This document shows, one piece after another, positions 1 through 12,093 of a DNA stretch of 64,000 bases. The translations under genes were made by a program, and so were the position numbers. The notes under the pieces were generated by a model. It was not told the DNA's origin and made no database searches. It saw only the letters and a program-made list of their open reading frames with translations. Each line of letters starts with the position of its first letter. The first letter of the stretch is position 1. This DNA comes from Microbotryum violaceum (lineage: Eukaryota): contig CDLV01000007.1 in NCBI GenBank assembly GCA_001244265.2, positions 496,001-560,000 of the forward strand, given 5' to 3'.

Positions 1-1191
<1,191 letters not shown>

Positions 1192-1366
1192 GATGTGTGT
1201 ATGAAGAGTAGGTAGATGTGGTGTGGTGGGGGGTGAGTGCGCGTTGGGGTGTGTGTCAACTTGGGATGCAGTAAGTGAAATGTGTGGAAGGAGGGAAGGA
1301 GAGCCGACGTGAACGACCGGGACAAAAGTGACGACCGAACACGCGCGCGCACGGACCGCTCCCCAA

Positions 1367-1454
1367 TTCCTTCGATGAGATTCCACGAAGCACTCTCGGG
1401 TTCGCTTCGGGTCGATAGCATTCCACTCGCCTCCACGCGATTCCATGCCGTTCC
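1367..1454. promoter_or_regulatory. Candidate step-type heat-shock element array upstream of HSP70
   Basis: TTC at 1371, 1381, 1401, 1421, 1441 and 1451, with GTC at 1411 and CTC at 1431, in exact 10-bp phase 180-260 bp upstream of the HSP70 ATG. Confidence 0.6.
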
Positions 1455-1974
1455 ACCGGGCAAGAAAAGACGTTCACCTCGTTTCGCTTGGGATGGGGAC
1501 GTTGGACTTAATCGATAACGGTTCGGCACACCCGACCTGAACAGGATTTTTTTTTTGACAACTTCACAATTATGTACTACTATGTACTACCACGAGTTTC
1601 GGCTGCCGAGGCTTCTGGATCAGCAAGACTTGCTCCCTCTTACATATGTTGACAATGTGTGCGGTGTTCCTGTGTCGGCAATGCAAAAGATAGCGACGAG
1701 TGGCATTGCAAAAGATAGCCACCCTTTGAAAAATCAATGTGACAGGGGCCTCGATCGAGAAGGGTCGGCGCAGCTCGTCGCGTCTCGCCACGCCTCCAAA
1801 ATTTGAATGTGAGGTGAAGTACGTGAACGAGTCCCAAGAGTCGTCAGTCCACAAGCGTTTTTCTAGACGTTGGCATCGAAGGAAAAGCATGCTCGTGCAA
1901 GGAACCTCCTCGTCAACTCGACGCCGGCCGTCGCATTTCGTCATTTCTTGGCTGGTGCCCGCGCTCCCTGCCCG

Positions 1975-2235
1975 CGAGCGCCGTCCGGACCTGGAAAAGC
2001 TCAGCCCAAAGTGTGCGAAATTTTTGCTTTTCGGGCCCATTTATGCCTTGTAATATGCTACATGACGTAGATTTTGATGGTAGAATGCGTTTTTCAACAT
2101 AACTCAATAATTTGGTCTTACATCGGAATACGTGCACCTCTTGAAAAGGCATACACGATGTACAAATCGGCCAAAAAACGGGTTTTTCGAGACGCACCTT
2201 CCGCTGAGCTTTCCCGGATTCTGGCGCGTCACGCG
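1975..2235. mobile_element. Degenerate fold-back/MITE-like element
   Basis: GGAAAAGCTCAGC near 1993 versus GCTGAGCTTTCC at 2203-2214, with patchy complementarity continuing inward; AT-rich and non-coding. Confidence 0.4.
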
Positions 2236-2622
2236 AAGCGGAGCGACGTCGTTACTTCGAGTCGCCTCGGTGCAGCTCGGTGCTCTTTGAGCCACTGACA
2301 TCATGCCAGGATCCACCTCCGAGGCCAACTTGGCTTCTTCGACAACACTTCAGGAACAAAAAACCGTCGGTCCTCTTGATCCAAGTAAGTGGGTGCGGAG
2401 CGATTCACCCTAGTTCTCTCTCCTTGATCGGCCACGTCCCAGACCACCACCACCACCGCCACGCGCTGACTGTAGGCGCTCCCGAACTTCCCCACTTACG
2501 CACTCGCTCTTCCACGTACAGCCTCAGACACTTCGTCCATCTCCGCAGCCACGAGCACGTCTACTTTTCCTTCTTTACAAGAAACAGAACCAACACGAAC
2601 ACCTCCAATTCCCATCTCCAAG

Positions 2623-3204
2623 ATGACCAGCACCTCATCGGATCTGTCTCAGCCGTTTCCCGTTCCTCCCTCGGTGACTCCGCCCTCCCCCTCTTCGGGG
2701 TTCTCGACCTCGCCGCGCCATCACTTCCGTATGTGCGACGTACTCGGCTCCCCCGAGTTGCAGTCCGGGCATTCGCATTCGAACTCACTCACCAATGCTG
2801 CCGAATTGTGGTGGAAGTCCAAAGGGGACGGCAATGGGCTCGAGCGGGTCACGGTTCCCGCAGAGTGGAACCGCTCCGGTTCAAAATCTTCGGCGACAGC
2901 GAGCATGCCCGAGCAAGGTCAGCCACGCTCTTTCGTGTCTAGGTTGGCGACTTCAAATTGTACTGAACCCCCAAATAACTGCTTTCGAAAAGCCCGCCCT
3001 GCGACACCAATGGCAGCGAGCAACGATGTTGTCGTCGTCGTCGGCCAGAACGGCACGAACTCGGCTTTGCTTCATAACACAGCTGCATCACCCAACGACG
3101 AGGAAGCCGTAGGCATGAACAACCTCAGAAGAAGGGGCGGCTCGAGTTCCGATCTTTCGTGCCAGTCCGTGAACAATGTGCCGGTCAGCGAGCCAGTTAT
3201 ATAG
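2623..3204 (+). CDS. Hypothetical Ser/Pro-rich protein (193 aa)
   Basis: Uninterrupted ORF with CAAGATG start context; probable 5'-UTR intron (GTAAGT 2385 ... CTGAC..TAG 2475). No recognisable domain. Confidence 0.4.
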   Translation: MTSTSSDLSQPFPVPPSVTPPSPSSGFSTSPRHHFRMCDVLGSPELQSGHSHSNSLTNAAELWWKSKGDGNGLERVTVPAEWNRSGSKSSATASMPEQGQPRSFVSRLATSNCTEPPNNCFRKARPATPMAASNDVVVVVGQNGTNSALLHNTAASPNDEEAVGMNNLRRRGGSSSDLSCQSVNNVPVSEPVI

Positions 3205-3517
3205 CACACGCACATAAGTCATCCTTCTCTGGGCCATTCACCGTCGCCATCACTTTCAGGGCCCCATTTGCATCCTTCTGTACCCTCACCTTCTCATCGT
3301 TACGCCTGCGCCATGCTTTCTCGGAAAATCTTTTGGGTACTTGTAACCTTGTAGACTGCGCAATATCCAACACGACCTCTCGCTCTCACCAATCTACAAT
3401 CAGCCTGCCAGAATTGGGAAGGAAGAGAGGTTTGCAAGTATGACATGGTGAAATTGTTGGTACACCAAAGGGAACGAAACGAAAATGCGAAACACGAATA
3501 CAAGAAAGAGCACTGAA

Positions 3518-6500
3518 TCATCGCGAGGCTCGGCCGGACCGCTCGTGCTCCTTTTGAGCCTTTTTGGCTTCCTTCGCGGTCAGTCTCAACACCTCGAGCT
3601 GTATTTCGAAATGGCAAGTCGTGAGTGAGATGAACGACAAAATGCTATAGCACGAGGAACTAACCTCGAGGACGACCTGCTTCATCGATGGTCGTAGAGA
3701 ATGGTCTTGATCCCACATCACCCCGACGAGATCGAGAATATCACCACCCCATTGTCTCCTCATCGAAGCCGTCGAAGGTCGGATACGCTTCTGACCGACC
3801 TGCTCGTAGATGGCGTGCTCGTTCATGCCCTCAAAAGGGTAGCGCTTAACGGGCTGGTGCCACTGCAGTACCTCCCAAAAGACGAGACCGACGGAGTAGA
3901 CATCGACTTTTTCGTTGTACTTGGGGTGAGCGACCCAGAGCTCGGGGGCTTGCCAGTTGACGGTCCCGACGAGGGAGCGGATGACCGATCGGGTCGTGTG
4001 CTTGACTCGCGCCAGCCCGAAGTCGGCCATCTTGGCGACGCCTTGAGCGGTGATAAGCACGTTCGACGACTTGATATCACGATGAATAATGGTCGGTTTG
4101 CGCGTGTGGAGATACTCGACGCCGCGCGCGATGCCGAGCATGATGTCGATCATCGACGAGAAGGGCGGGTGAGGCACGCCTCGGATGTAGTCGAACAAGT
4201 CACCATTGGCGCACAGCTCGGTGACAATCATGACGGGGACCGTCGAAGGTTCTTTGGGGATCGAGACGCCGATAAAGTGCACGATGTTGGGGTGACGCAG
4301 GTCGCGCAAGAGACCGAGCTCCTTTATGTCCATTTCGGTCAGATGTCCTCGGATGTCGCAGATTGCGATCGTCTTGCGTCGGTACAACCCCTTGTAGACG
4401 TCCTTGAACCCACCCGAGCCAACTTTTTCAAGCTTGGTTAATTTTTCAGGGGCGATCTCCTTATCTTGAAGCTGCAGGCTCTCGAGGTCGAGACCGTTGA
4501 TCTCTTCAGTGATGTCGTTGAGCGCTGCAGCAGCACGCGACCGTCCTCGACTATGGGGCTTGTCAGGACTTCGCGAATGGCCTTGGCGCATGAGAAGAGG
4601 GGTTTCGGCATTACTGGCCACAGAAACGGTCACGGCTCTGCGTAATGCCTGCGACTTGGTCTCCGCACGCGCGGTTTCAGTCGAGGTGTTAGTCGCGTCG
4701 GACTGAACGGTCGACCCGCCAGACGAGTGGTCAAAGTCTGCGTCGCGCTGTGAGCAACTTCAAGGTGTCAGCGATGGCTCTCTGTGGAGAGATAGTACAA
4801 CAGTTTGCTCACCCATTCCAAAAGGGCCTGAACAAGCTCTTTCTTGGTCCCATCCCCCTGCAGCTCGCGTTCTTCGCATAAGCGTACCAAGTCGTCCTTG
4901 CGATGCCGCAACAAACTCTTGGACGTTGCGTTGGCAAGATCGACGTCTTCATCGTGAGCCATCTCCTCGTCTTCGTCTTCGTCTTCCTCTTCGTTTTCCT
5001 CTTCTTCTTCTTCCTTCTCCTCCTCCTCCTCGTCGTCGTCATCATCATCATCATCCCCGTCCTCAGTTTCCTCTTCCTTGTCGTCTGCCCGCTTACGTGT
5101 CCGCTTCCCTCCTTTTAGGGGTACGACCTTGCCGTTGCGCAGCTGCCTCGGCGCACGAAGGTACGAAGTGACCTCGGTGGTTTCTCGTTCCTCGTCCGTT
5201 TCGGAGAACACTGCATGATCAACGGCATCGTCGCCCCCACTTTCTTCGTCGGCGTCTGACGGAGTCGCCTGACTTGGCCGAATCTTCCTCGAAAGGCGAC
5301 CCGTACCAAACACGTCCTCATGTTCATCGTCGTCCTCAAAGTCGGAGTCCGGATTTGGACCCGTCCTCTCGTCCTGCGGCCAATCATCGTGGACGACCTC
5401 GCTGCGAATCGGCCGGCGCTGGGAATGCCTCTCGCCGCGCTTGACGATCTTCTCTACCGCTTTGGCTTTCGCGGCTCTTCCGGCGACTCCGTTCGGTCGG
5501 ATCGTGTCGGGCGGGGCGAGCGAGCCTCCTCGTGTCCGATGGGCGATGGGTGAGCTCGCGTAGTGAGTTTCGTCATCCTCATCAAACGTGACAGCCTTGT
5601 TCTTGCCCTTCGAGCTCTTGCTCCCGTTCCTCGTGTGTCGCGACGAGTTGTTCGCCTTGTCCAGCCCGTCGGCCTCGATCGTATGCGAATGCCGACGTGT
5701 CATCCTCCTCCCCGGTAACGAAGACGGGGTCACGACCGGAGACGCAGACGTCGAAGCATGTATGGGAACGACGTCGTGGCTCTGCCGTCGCGTCATCGGT
5801 CTTGAAGAGGCGCCGCCACTGACCTTGTAATCAGACGAGGAACGACCCCGTGTCGTCTTCTTGGGAGCAACAGCTTTCTCTACCTTGTAGTCCTCCGAGC
5901 TGGCGACAGAGACAACCGAATGACTTGTGGGGGGCGTGATGGCTCGACGGTCCTTCCTCGTTCGACCACCCCTTTGGGATCCGCTCGATCGCGCCTTCTT
6001 CCGAGGAGAACTACCGTCGTCATCGTCCGACTCGAGGGCAGGCGACGTCTCTTGGCTCGTGAAAGGTCGGGGCGAATCACGTTCCGAGTCCTCTTTGACA
6101 TCGCCGTCGGATTCAGTCGCGGAGATGGCAGTTTGGCCGCGTGTTTCAAGTAGCAGTGTAATGAGGTCGTCCTTGTGCAGTGCCTCGGCGTCTTCTTCCT
6201 CGGCACCAGATGCGATCCGATAGAGGCGCACAAGCTCGTCGCGTCGTAGTCGCCGCAGATGGGTCAATGTTGCCTTGTGAATGTGAAAGTGATCGTCTGT
6301 GGGAACAGGTCGCACTGCGGTCAGCGCGCCGTCGCACGAGGCCAAAGCAGTTTTCCAGCACAACGTACCTTCTGGTATCTCCTCATCAACATCTTCCTCC
6401 TCGGCATCTTCCCCTTCCTCTTCTTCCATCTCTCCGCCGTTCTCCCCTGCCTCGTCTCGATCCTCTTCCTCAGCTTCTTCATCCTCCACCTCGACATCCT

Positions 6501-6792
6501 GCTCCTCCTCCTCCCTTTGCTCCTCCTCCTCATCCGTCGTCTGCTCATCATAAAACCCCTTCGTCTGAGTCTTGTTCGTCGACCCCCTGCGTGCCCTCTG
6601 CTCACTCTCCAACCTCATTTCTTCATCCTCCGTCTCCTCGGGTACCTTCTTCCTCTTCTTCGCCGTGCCCGTGGAACCCATCAAAAGCGACGACGCGTTC
6701 GTTCGTGTCCCTCGAGGAAGGCTCGGGGCTGTCGTTCGGTCGAGAGGGAGACCTGCTGAGCCTCGCCGCGTCATGCGCACTGCGGCGGCCAT
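3518..6792 (-). CDS. TKL-like Ser/Thr protein kinase with acidic N-terminal region and SAP-like motif(s). Introns about 6297-6368, 4748-4812, 3599-3664
   Basis: Kinase motifs GSGGFK, HRDIKSSN, DFGLAR, GTVNWQAPE, DVYS and RPS. SAP-like LLRHRKDDLVRLCEERELQGDGTKKELVQALL. The splice joins keep the frame. Confidence 0.9.
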
Positions 6793-8008
6793 GGTGGGCA
6801 GAAGGTAGGGTAGGTTTGGGTTCGGCCTTTGGTCAGAAGGCGAAGGGCGGAGGCAGACGAATAGAGGTTATGAGGGGACTGGAATGCGAACAAGACAAAA
6901 TAGTGTCGTTGTTGTGTTTGTGCTTGATGTGTGAGGGTTATATTCTCGTCGATCCGATTGTGATCGCCTGCAGTGATCACCTCGCGTGTGTTGAGTGACG
7001 CGCTTCGGAATCGAGTCTGGCGTGGCAAAGTGTGCCGCAGCGATTGAATTATAAAAGAGCAGAGGTTATTGTAGACGTATGCAAGCCCTGACGTCGTTCC
7101 AGCACTCGAGCGATGTCGCCAGATCGCGCGTCGGAAGGTGATCGAAGCTTCGGGGCCGAGAGATGTAACCGACTCCGCGTTGAGAGATGGACAGTCAATG
7201 TGGTACTTGACACGACGAACTGGACCGGATGATCGAAGACGGAGTTGGTGTTGGACCTTTGGAAAGTCGAATGCGGTCGCCCGATGCGTTGAATGTAGGA
7301 TTACCGAGCGGTCCCGATCGCATCGACGGGCCTCAGTAGTTACTGAGTCGCTGGGCCTTGTGAACGAGCGAGATGCTCTCAGTTGGATCGAGCCGAGAAT
7401 CGAGGTTCGAAAGACCCGAGTTGATCGAACAGAGTTGAGCTGCGATGAAAAAGACGCCTTGACTTTCGATCCAGGCTCTGCAAGGTGGTCTTCACACCAA
7501 AGTCAGCAAGGGTCAGAACCAAGTCATCATCACTCCCCCGCCTGCCCGTCCGCCCGTCGCCCATCAGGCCTTAGGCCCCCGGTCATTCGTCACGGCCTAG
7601 GAGGAAGCGGGGTCACGTCACACAGCGGTCGCACAGGTTGCCACTCTCGAGGTTAGTCGTCGGACACGCGACTCACGAGGATCACAAAAGTTTTCAGTGG
7701 CACGGAGAGGACTACTTCACGTCCAGCCGTCGGTGATTTGGGGTCGTACACAGGCGGGGGATGATCCGACCGGGGCGATGCGACGGGTCGTCGCGTCAGC
7801 AGGTGCGAGCAGGGCATTTCGCATACACTCAGCTTGTTCGCGCTCGGACCTCTTCTCGCTCTCAAAATTGATCGAAGCGCTCCTCGGCGTTCAGACGGAC
7901 TTATCACCGGCGGACTTGTTACGTCAGACCTTAAGAGTGGCGTAAAACATGGAACCTCATTTCGTTACAAGGGTCAAAGCAGAGGCTACCATCACCGTCC
8001 CAGTTCGT

Positions 8009-10057
8009 TCACGGCTTCTCGTAATCGGACGACGACTCGTGCTTCTTGGCCTCCTGCAACTTGCGCGCACCCTTCATAAAGTCATCTTGGATGCAGTAGT
8101 CGCGGTCATCACTGAATAACGGGAAATTGATGGTCAGGATTACAATTTGGGGAATAGGCAGATTGCAAGCCCAAGTTCACTCACCGAATGGCAAACATGC
8201 CCGCCTCGGTGCACACGTTTCGCAAATCGGCACCGTTGAACCCTTCCGACAACTTGACAATAGCCTCGTAGTCTATTTTGATAGTAAGATTTGCATCATC
8301 AGTTGCACATTCGACGGCATCCAGTTCAGACATGACAGACGCACCAATCTCGCCCGTCTTTCGAATCGGCCCCGCATGAATCTTGAGGATTTCCATTCGC
8401 GCGACTTCGTTAGGCAAGGGGATCTCGATCTTTCGGTCGATGCGACCAGGTCGCAGCAAGGCAGGGTCAAGAGTATCCGGCTGGAGAAAGAGTGAAATTG
8501 ACCGGGATCAACTCTCGATGTGCACGGGGGGGAATACACGAGGAAAAGGTCGGATCGGACTTACTCGGTTGGTAGCAAAGATGACCTTGGTCTTGCCGAG
8601 GTAGTCGAATCCGTCCAGTTGGTTCAAGAGCTGCAAAGACGGTACTCGGCAGTAGTTAATGCCTGAAATCGCGAGCTTCTAGGGCCCCCGTAAACTCACC
8701 TCCATCAGCGTCCTCTGAATCTCTCGATCGGCACTCGTCCCTTCACTGAACCGACGACCACCGATAGCGTCGACCTCGTCCATGAAGATGATACACGGTT
8801 CGTGTTCACGTGCATAACCGAACATTTCTCGAATTAAGCGTGCGGATTCACCAATGTACTTGTCGACGATCGCCGACGAGACGACCTTGAGGAAGTTGGT
8901 CGAGAGCGTCGCTGCAACAGCTCGAGCGAGCAGTGTCTTTCCTGTTCCCGGAGGTCCGTAGAGCAAAACACCTGTAGAGTAGATCGTAGCAGCAATGAAT
9001 TGTCAGGCCGAGCGTGAGTCCGTGCCAGTCCCGATCCAAACTCACCCTTTGGCGGCTTGATGCCGACTCGCATGAACAGCTCTGGATTCATCAACGGCAG
9101 CTCAATGACCTAGGAAAGACGTGTGCAGACAGGGATGAGTGTGTGTACATTCGTAAGAGACTGTTGAGCTCGAACGCACTTCTCGCAACTCGCGAATCTG
9201 GTCGCCTAATCCTCCGATCCCAGCAAAGGTGACCTCTCCCGGATCCTCCATGCTCATGTTGTACACCAGCGGATCGACTTCTCTCGGCAGGATCCTAAAA
9301 TGCGTGACACACGGGAGAAAAGTGAGCTGGTGCACACGCGAATGCGGCTGAAGTGCACGTTGCTGGAAGTGGAGGTGGTGACGCACCTCATGATGGTCAG
9401 AGTCGTCATGTCTAGCGAGACACGGACGCCGTTCTTGAGCTTGTGCTTGGGCACGGCTGATCGGCATCCTACCACGTATCGAGGTCCAGACGAGGCCTTG
9501 ACGATGACTGTGGATGAAGATGTCGAGGCATGAGTTTTCCCGGACGGTGTGCTGGTGGATCGCCTCCCCAGACTCGAACCCACATCGCTCTTCATCCAAC
9601 TGCTTCAACACCTCGCCGACGATTTGACCGACGGATTGGAGCGCCTTGATATCATCCTCTGACTTTTCAAAATCACGGTCGAGATCCTTGAGCGAAGCTC
9701 GAACTGCGTCAACGTCAACAGCGGTCGTCGTCGTCAGCGCTTCTGTCTCGGGCGTGGGACTCGCTGCTCGGCTATGGTGAGCTGGAGAGGACCGACTCTT
9801 CTTCAAGTTCTCAGTCAGGGTCTCGTGTTCCTTGAGTTTCTGTATGCAACGAAAGGATGGGAGATCAGTCGGGTGTCATCGAGTTGTGCCAGCTGGCTCC
9901 ACTCGCGTCGACGGACCTTGCGGTAGGCCTCGATCGCCTTGTCCTTGGGAGACGGTTCGGGCGCAGGGGCGGGGGCCTGTGCAGCAGCAGCAGCAGTAGC
10001 AGTAGGTTCTGTCGCGGTCGATGACGATGCAGCGGGTGTTTCCGAAGATGCGGACAT
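8009..10057 (-). CDS. RPT4: 26S proteasome regulatory AAA-ATPase Rpt4 (multi-exon)
   Basis: [35 protein letters not shown], Walker [60 protein letters not shown]. Confidence 0.96.
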
Positions 10058-10138
10058 GGCGATGGGATGGCGATGACCGTATGGGTGTGAGAAGGGAAGC
10101 GCCGTACAAGCAGTCAGTCGCTGACGACACGCGCAGAT

Positions 10139-10221
10139 CTGAGCCAGTCTGAGCCACTTCTGAGCCAGTAATCGGAAAGCCCAGCTGAGCTGATCCGAGC
10201 CGGGTCTGAGCAGATCTGAGC
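10139..10221. repeat. Phased CTGAGC array in the RPT4/E2 divergent promoter
   Basis: CTGAGC at 10139, 10149, 10160, 10185, 10206 and 10216, plus CCGAGC at 10195. Confidence 0.8.
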
Positions 10222-10284
10222 GCTCCCTTGCGCTCGGACCGCCTCCCGTGATCGGCGCGCCTGCCAGTCCTCGGCTCGGCAAAG

Positions 10285-10377
10285 CGGAGACGTGCTTGTC
10301 CTTCCTCTACCACCTCGTCCACCGTGCGGAGACGTGCAGCTTGTCCTTCCTCTACCACCACCTCGTTCGTACACCGT
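10285..10377 (+). repeat. Imperfect tandem duplication (two copies, about 42 bp apart)
   Basis: CGGAGACGTG(CA)GCTTGTCCTTCCTCTACCAC(CAC)CTCGT occurs twice. Confidence 0.85.
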
Positions 10378-10452
10378 CAGCTCGGCTTTTCGCTCTAACC
10401 CCCACCCCTCATCCCTCACCCCTCACCCCTCACCTCACGTCCTCCCCTCACA

Positions 10453-11859
10453 AGTGAGTTCACCATCTGACTAAGCTGTAAGGCTGCACCCTCACCCAAC
10501 TGAACACGGTCTACGTCTACGGTCGCCCGGCGCGCGTGGCAGTGTCGTCCGCGAACCGACGAATCACCAAAGAGTACGCCGAGCTGCAAGCCGACTGGCC
10601 GCCGTACGTCGTCGCACAACCCGACGAATCCAACCTTCTCCACTGGGTCAGTCATGGTCTTCTACTCAGTCTCGTATTGTGCTTCGGCGTAGGAAACACG
10701 GTCGACGAACGGTCGTGAGGGGCTCGTGTCCGTTTTCGTTTCGATGCCGCTCATTCACTGACGTAGTGCGACCCGAATCAAAAAACCCTGCCCTGCCTTC
10801 GCACAACACGCGACACATCAAACAGACGGGCATCATCACCGGACCGCCCGACTCGGCCTACAAAGGTCAGTCATCGACAGTTGGTTGTGTCGTAGCTACC
10901 GACTCATCATCACCACCTCCGTCGCTAACCCCCTCAGGCGGCAAGTTCAAGATTGACATCACGTTCCCCATCGAGTATCCGTTCAAGTCGCCCAATGTAA
11001 GCCCCAAGTTGATCACCAAATTCCCTTTCCAAGCAAGTACTGACATGTACTTTCCCCCATCAGATCAGATTCGTGAGCCTTCAGTCCGAGAAAAGCCCGA
11101 TCGGGGTGCTCGCCCGGACCCGAGTCGAGCGCTCGGGGAGCTGACAGCCCGTCGTGACTTTGAAAAGGCCACCCGAATCTATCACCCCAATGTGACCGAC
11201 GACGGAGCGCTTTGCGTGGGAGTGCTCAAGGTCAGTCCACATCGCCCCTCACCTTCGAGCTCGGCGCGATCGGGGTGCGCAAAATCTGACCAGACTTGGT
11301 CACACAGGCCGAGGCATGGAAGCCCTCCACAAAAATCGATCAAGGTGAGACCGAGAAGATCGCTCTTGGGTCTGACACCGATTGCAGTCGACTGAACGGC
11401 CCGTTCGTGTGATGGAACAGTCCTTCGAGCACTCGTTCAATTGCTACAGGAACCGAATGGTTAGCCTTGATCGGGCTCGGAGCCGAGAATACCGGAAGAC
11501 ATGTGTAGCTGATATCGTTATACTTCCCCCATTCACAGCCGATGACGCCCTCGTGGCTACCATCGCCGAGGTGAGCCGTTCGCTGCTGCTTGGGGAACGT
11601 AAGGCTCATACAACGCGCTTGCAACCTTTTTCTGCTCGCAGCAATACACCAAAGACCGGCTTGCGTTCAACAAGACGGTGAGTCATCTCTAGATGTTCTG
11701 CAAATGATCCCCCGCACCCCCGACTCATCCAAGATCTACCTCGTTTTCTTCAGGTGCAAGAATGGGTCAAGAAAGTAGGTCGAAGGTCGTCATCACATCT
11801 TCCCTTTCAGCTCGAAAAGCTGATCAGAGACTTTGCACACCCTTCCACAGTATGCATGA
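10453..11859 (+). CDS. Ubiquitin-conjugating enzyme E2 (UBE2L3/UbcH7-like), about 12 exons
   Basis: Spliced MSSANRRITKEYAEL...NLLHWTGIITGPPDSAYKGGKF...[26 protein letters not shown]...WKPSTKIDQ...WVKKYA*. HPN motif and catalytic Cys present. Confidence 0.92.
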
Positions 11860-12093
11860 TAATCTTTGACCAAATTTCTCTTGTCCACAATCCAAGTTCT
11901 CACCCATCTTGATTCATCTTTCACCTCATCCCCTCATGCTCGCTCTTCTCCCATGTCGTAATCTGTCACGCGCGCGCGCGACTCCGTCTCTTTCTCGGGT
12001 TGCAACATGATTCCAATACGATACAACTCAGCTTGGCCGAGCTCAACGAAACAAGTCGTGAATATCAATATCGAACAAAGCACAGTGTCCGCA

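Noticed and set aside
7138-7945. ORFs between the kinase and RPT4
   Set aside because: No motifs or splice structure; consistent with chance ORFs in GC-rich intergenic DNA.
9560-9590. GGTTCGAGTC T-loop-like motif on the minus strand
   Set aside because: It lies in an RPT4 intron and there is no cloverleaf; not a tRNA.
10139-10377. Repeat arrays as CRISPR-like
   Set aside because: Eukaryotic DNA, short units without unique spacers, and no cas genes.
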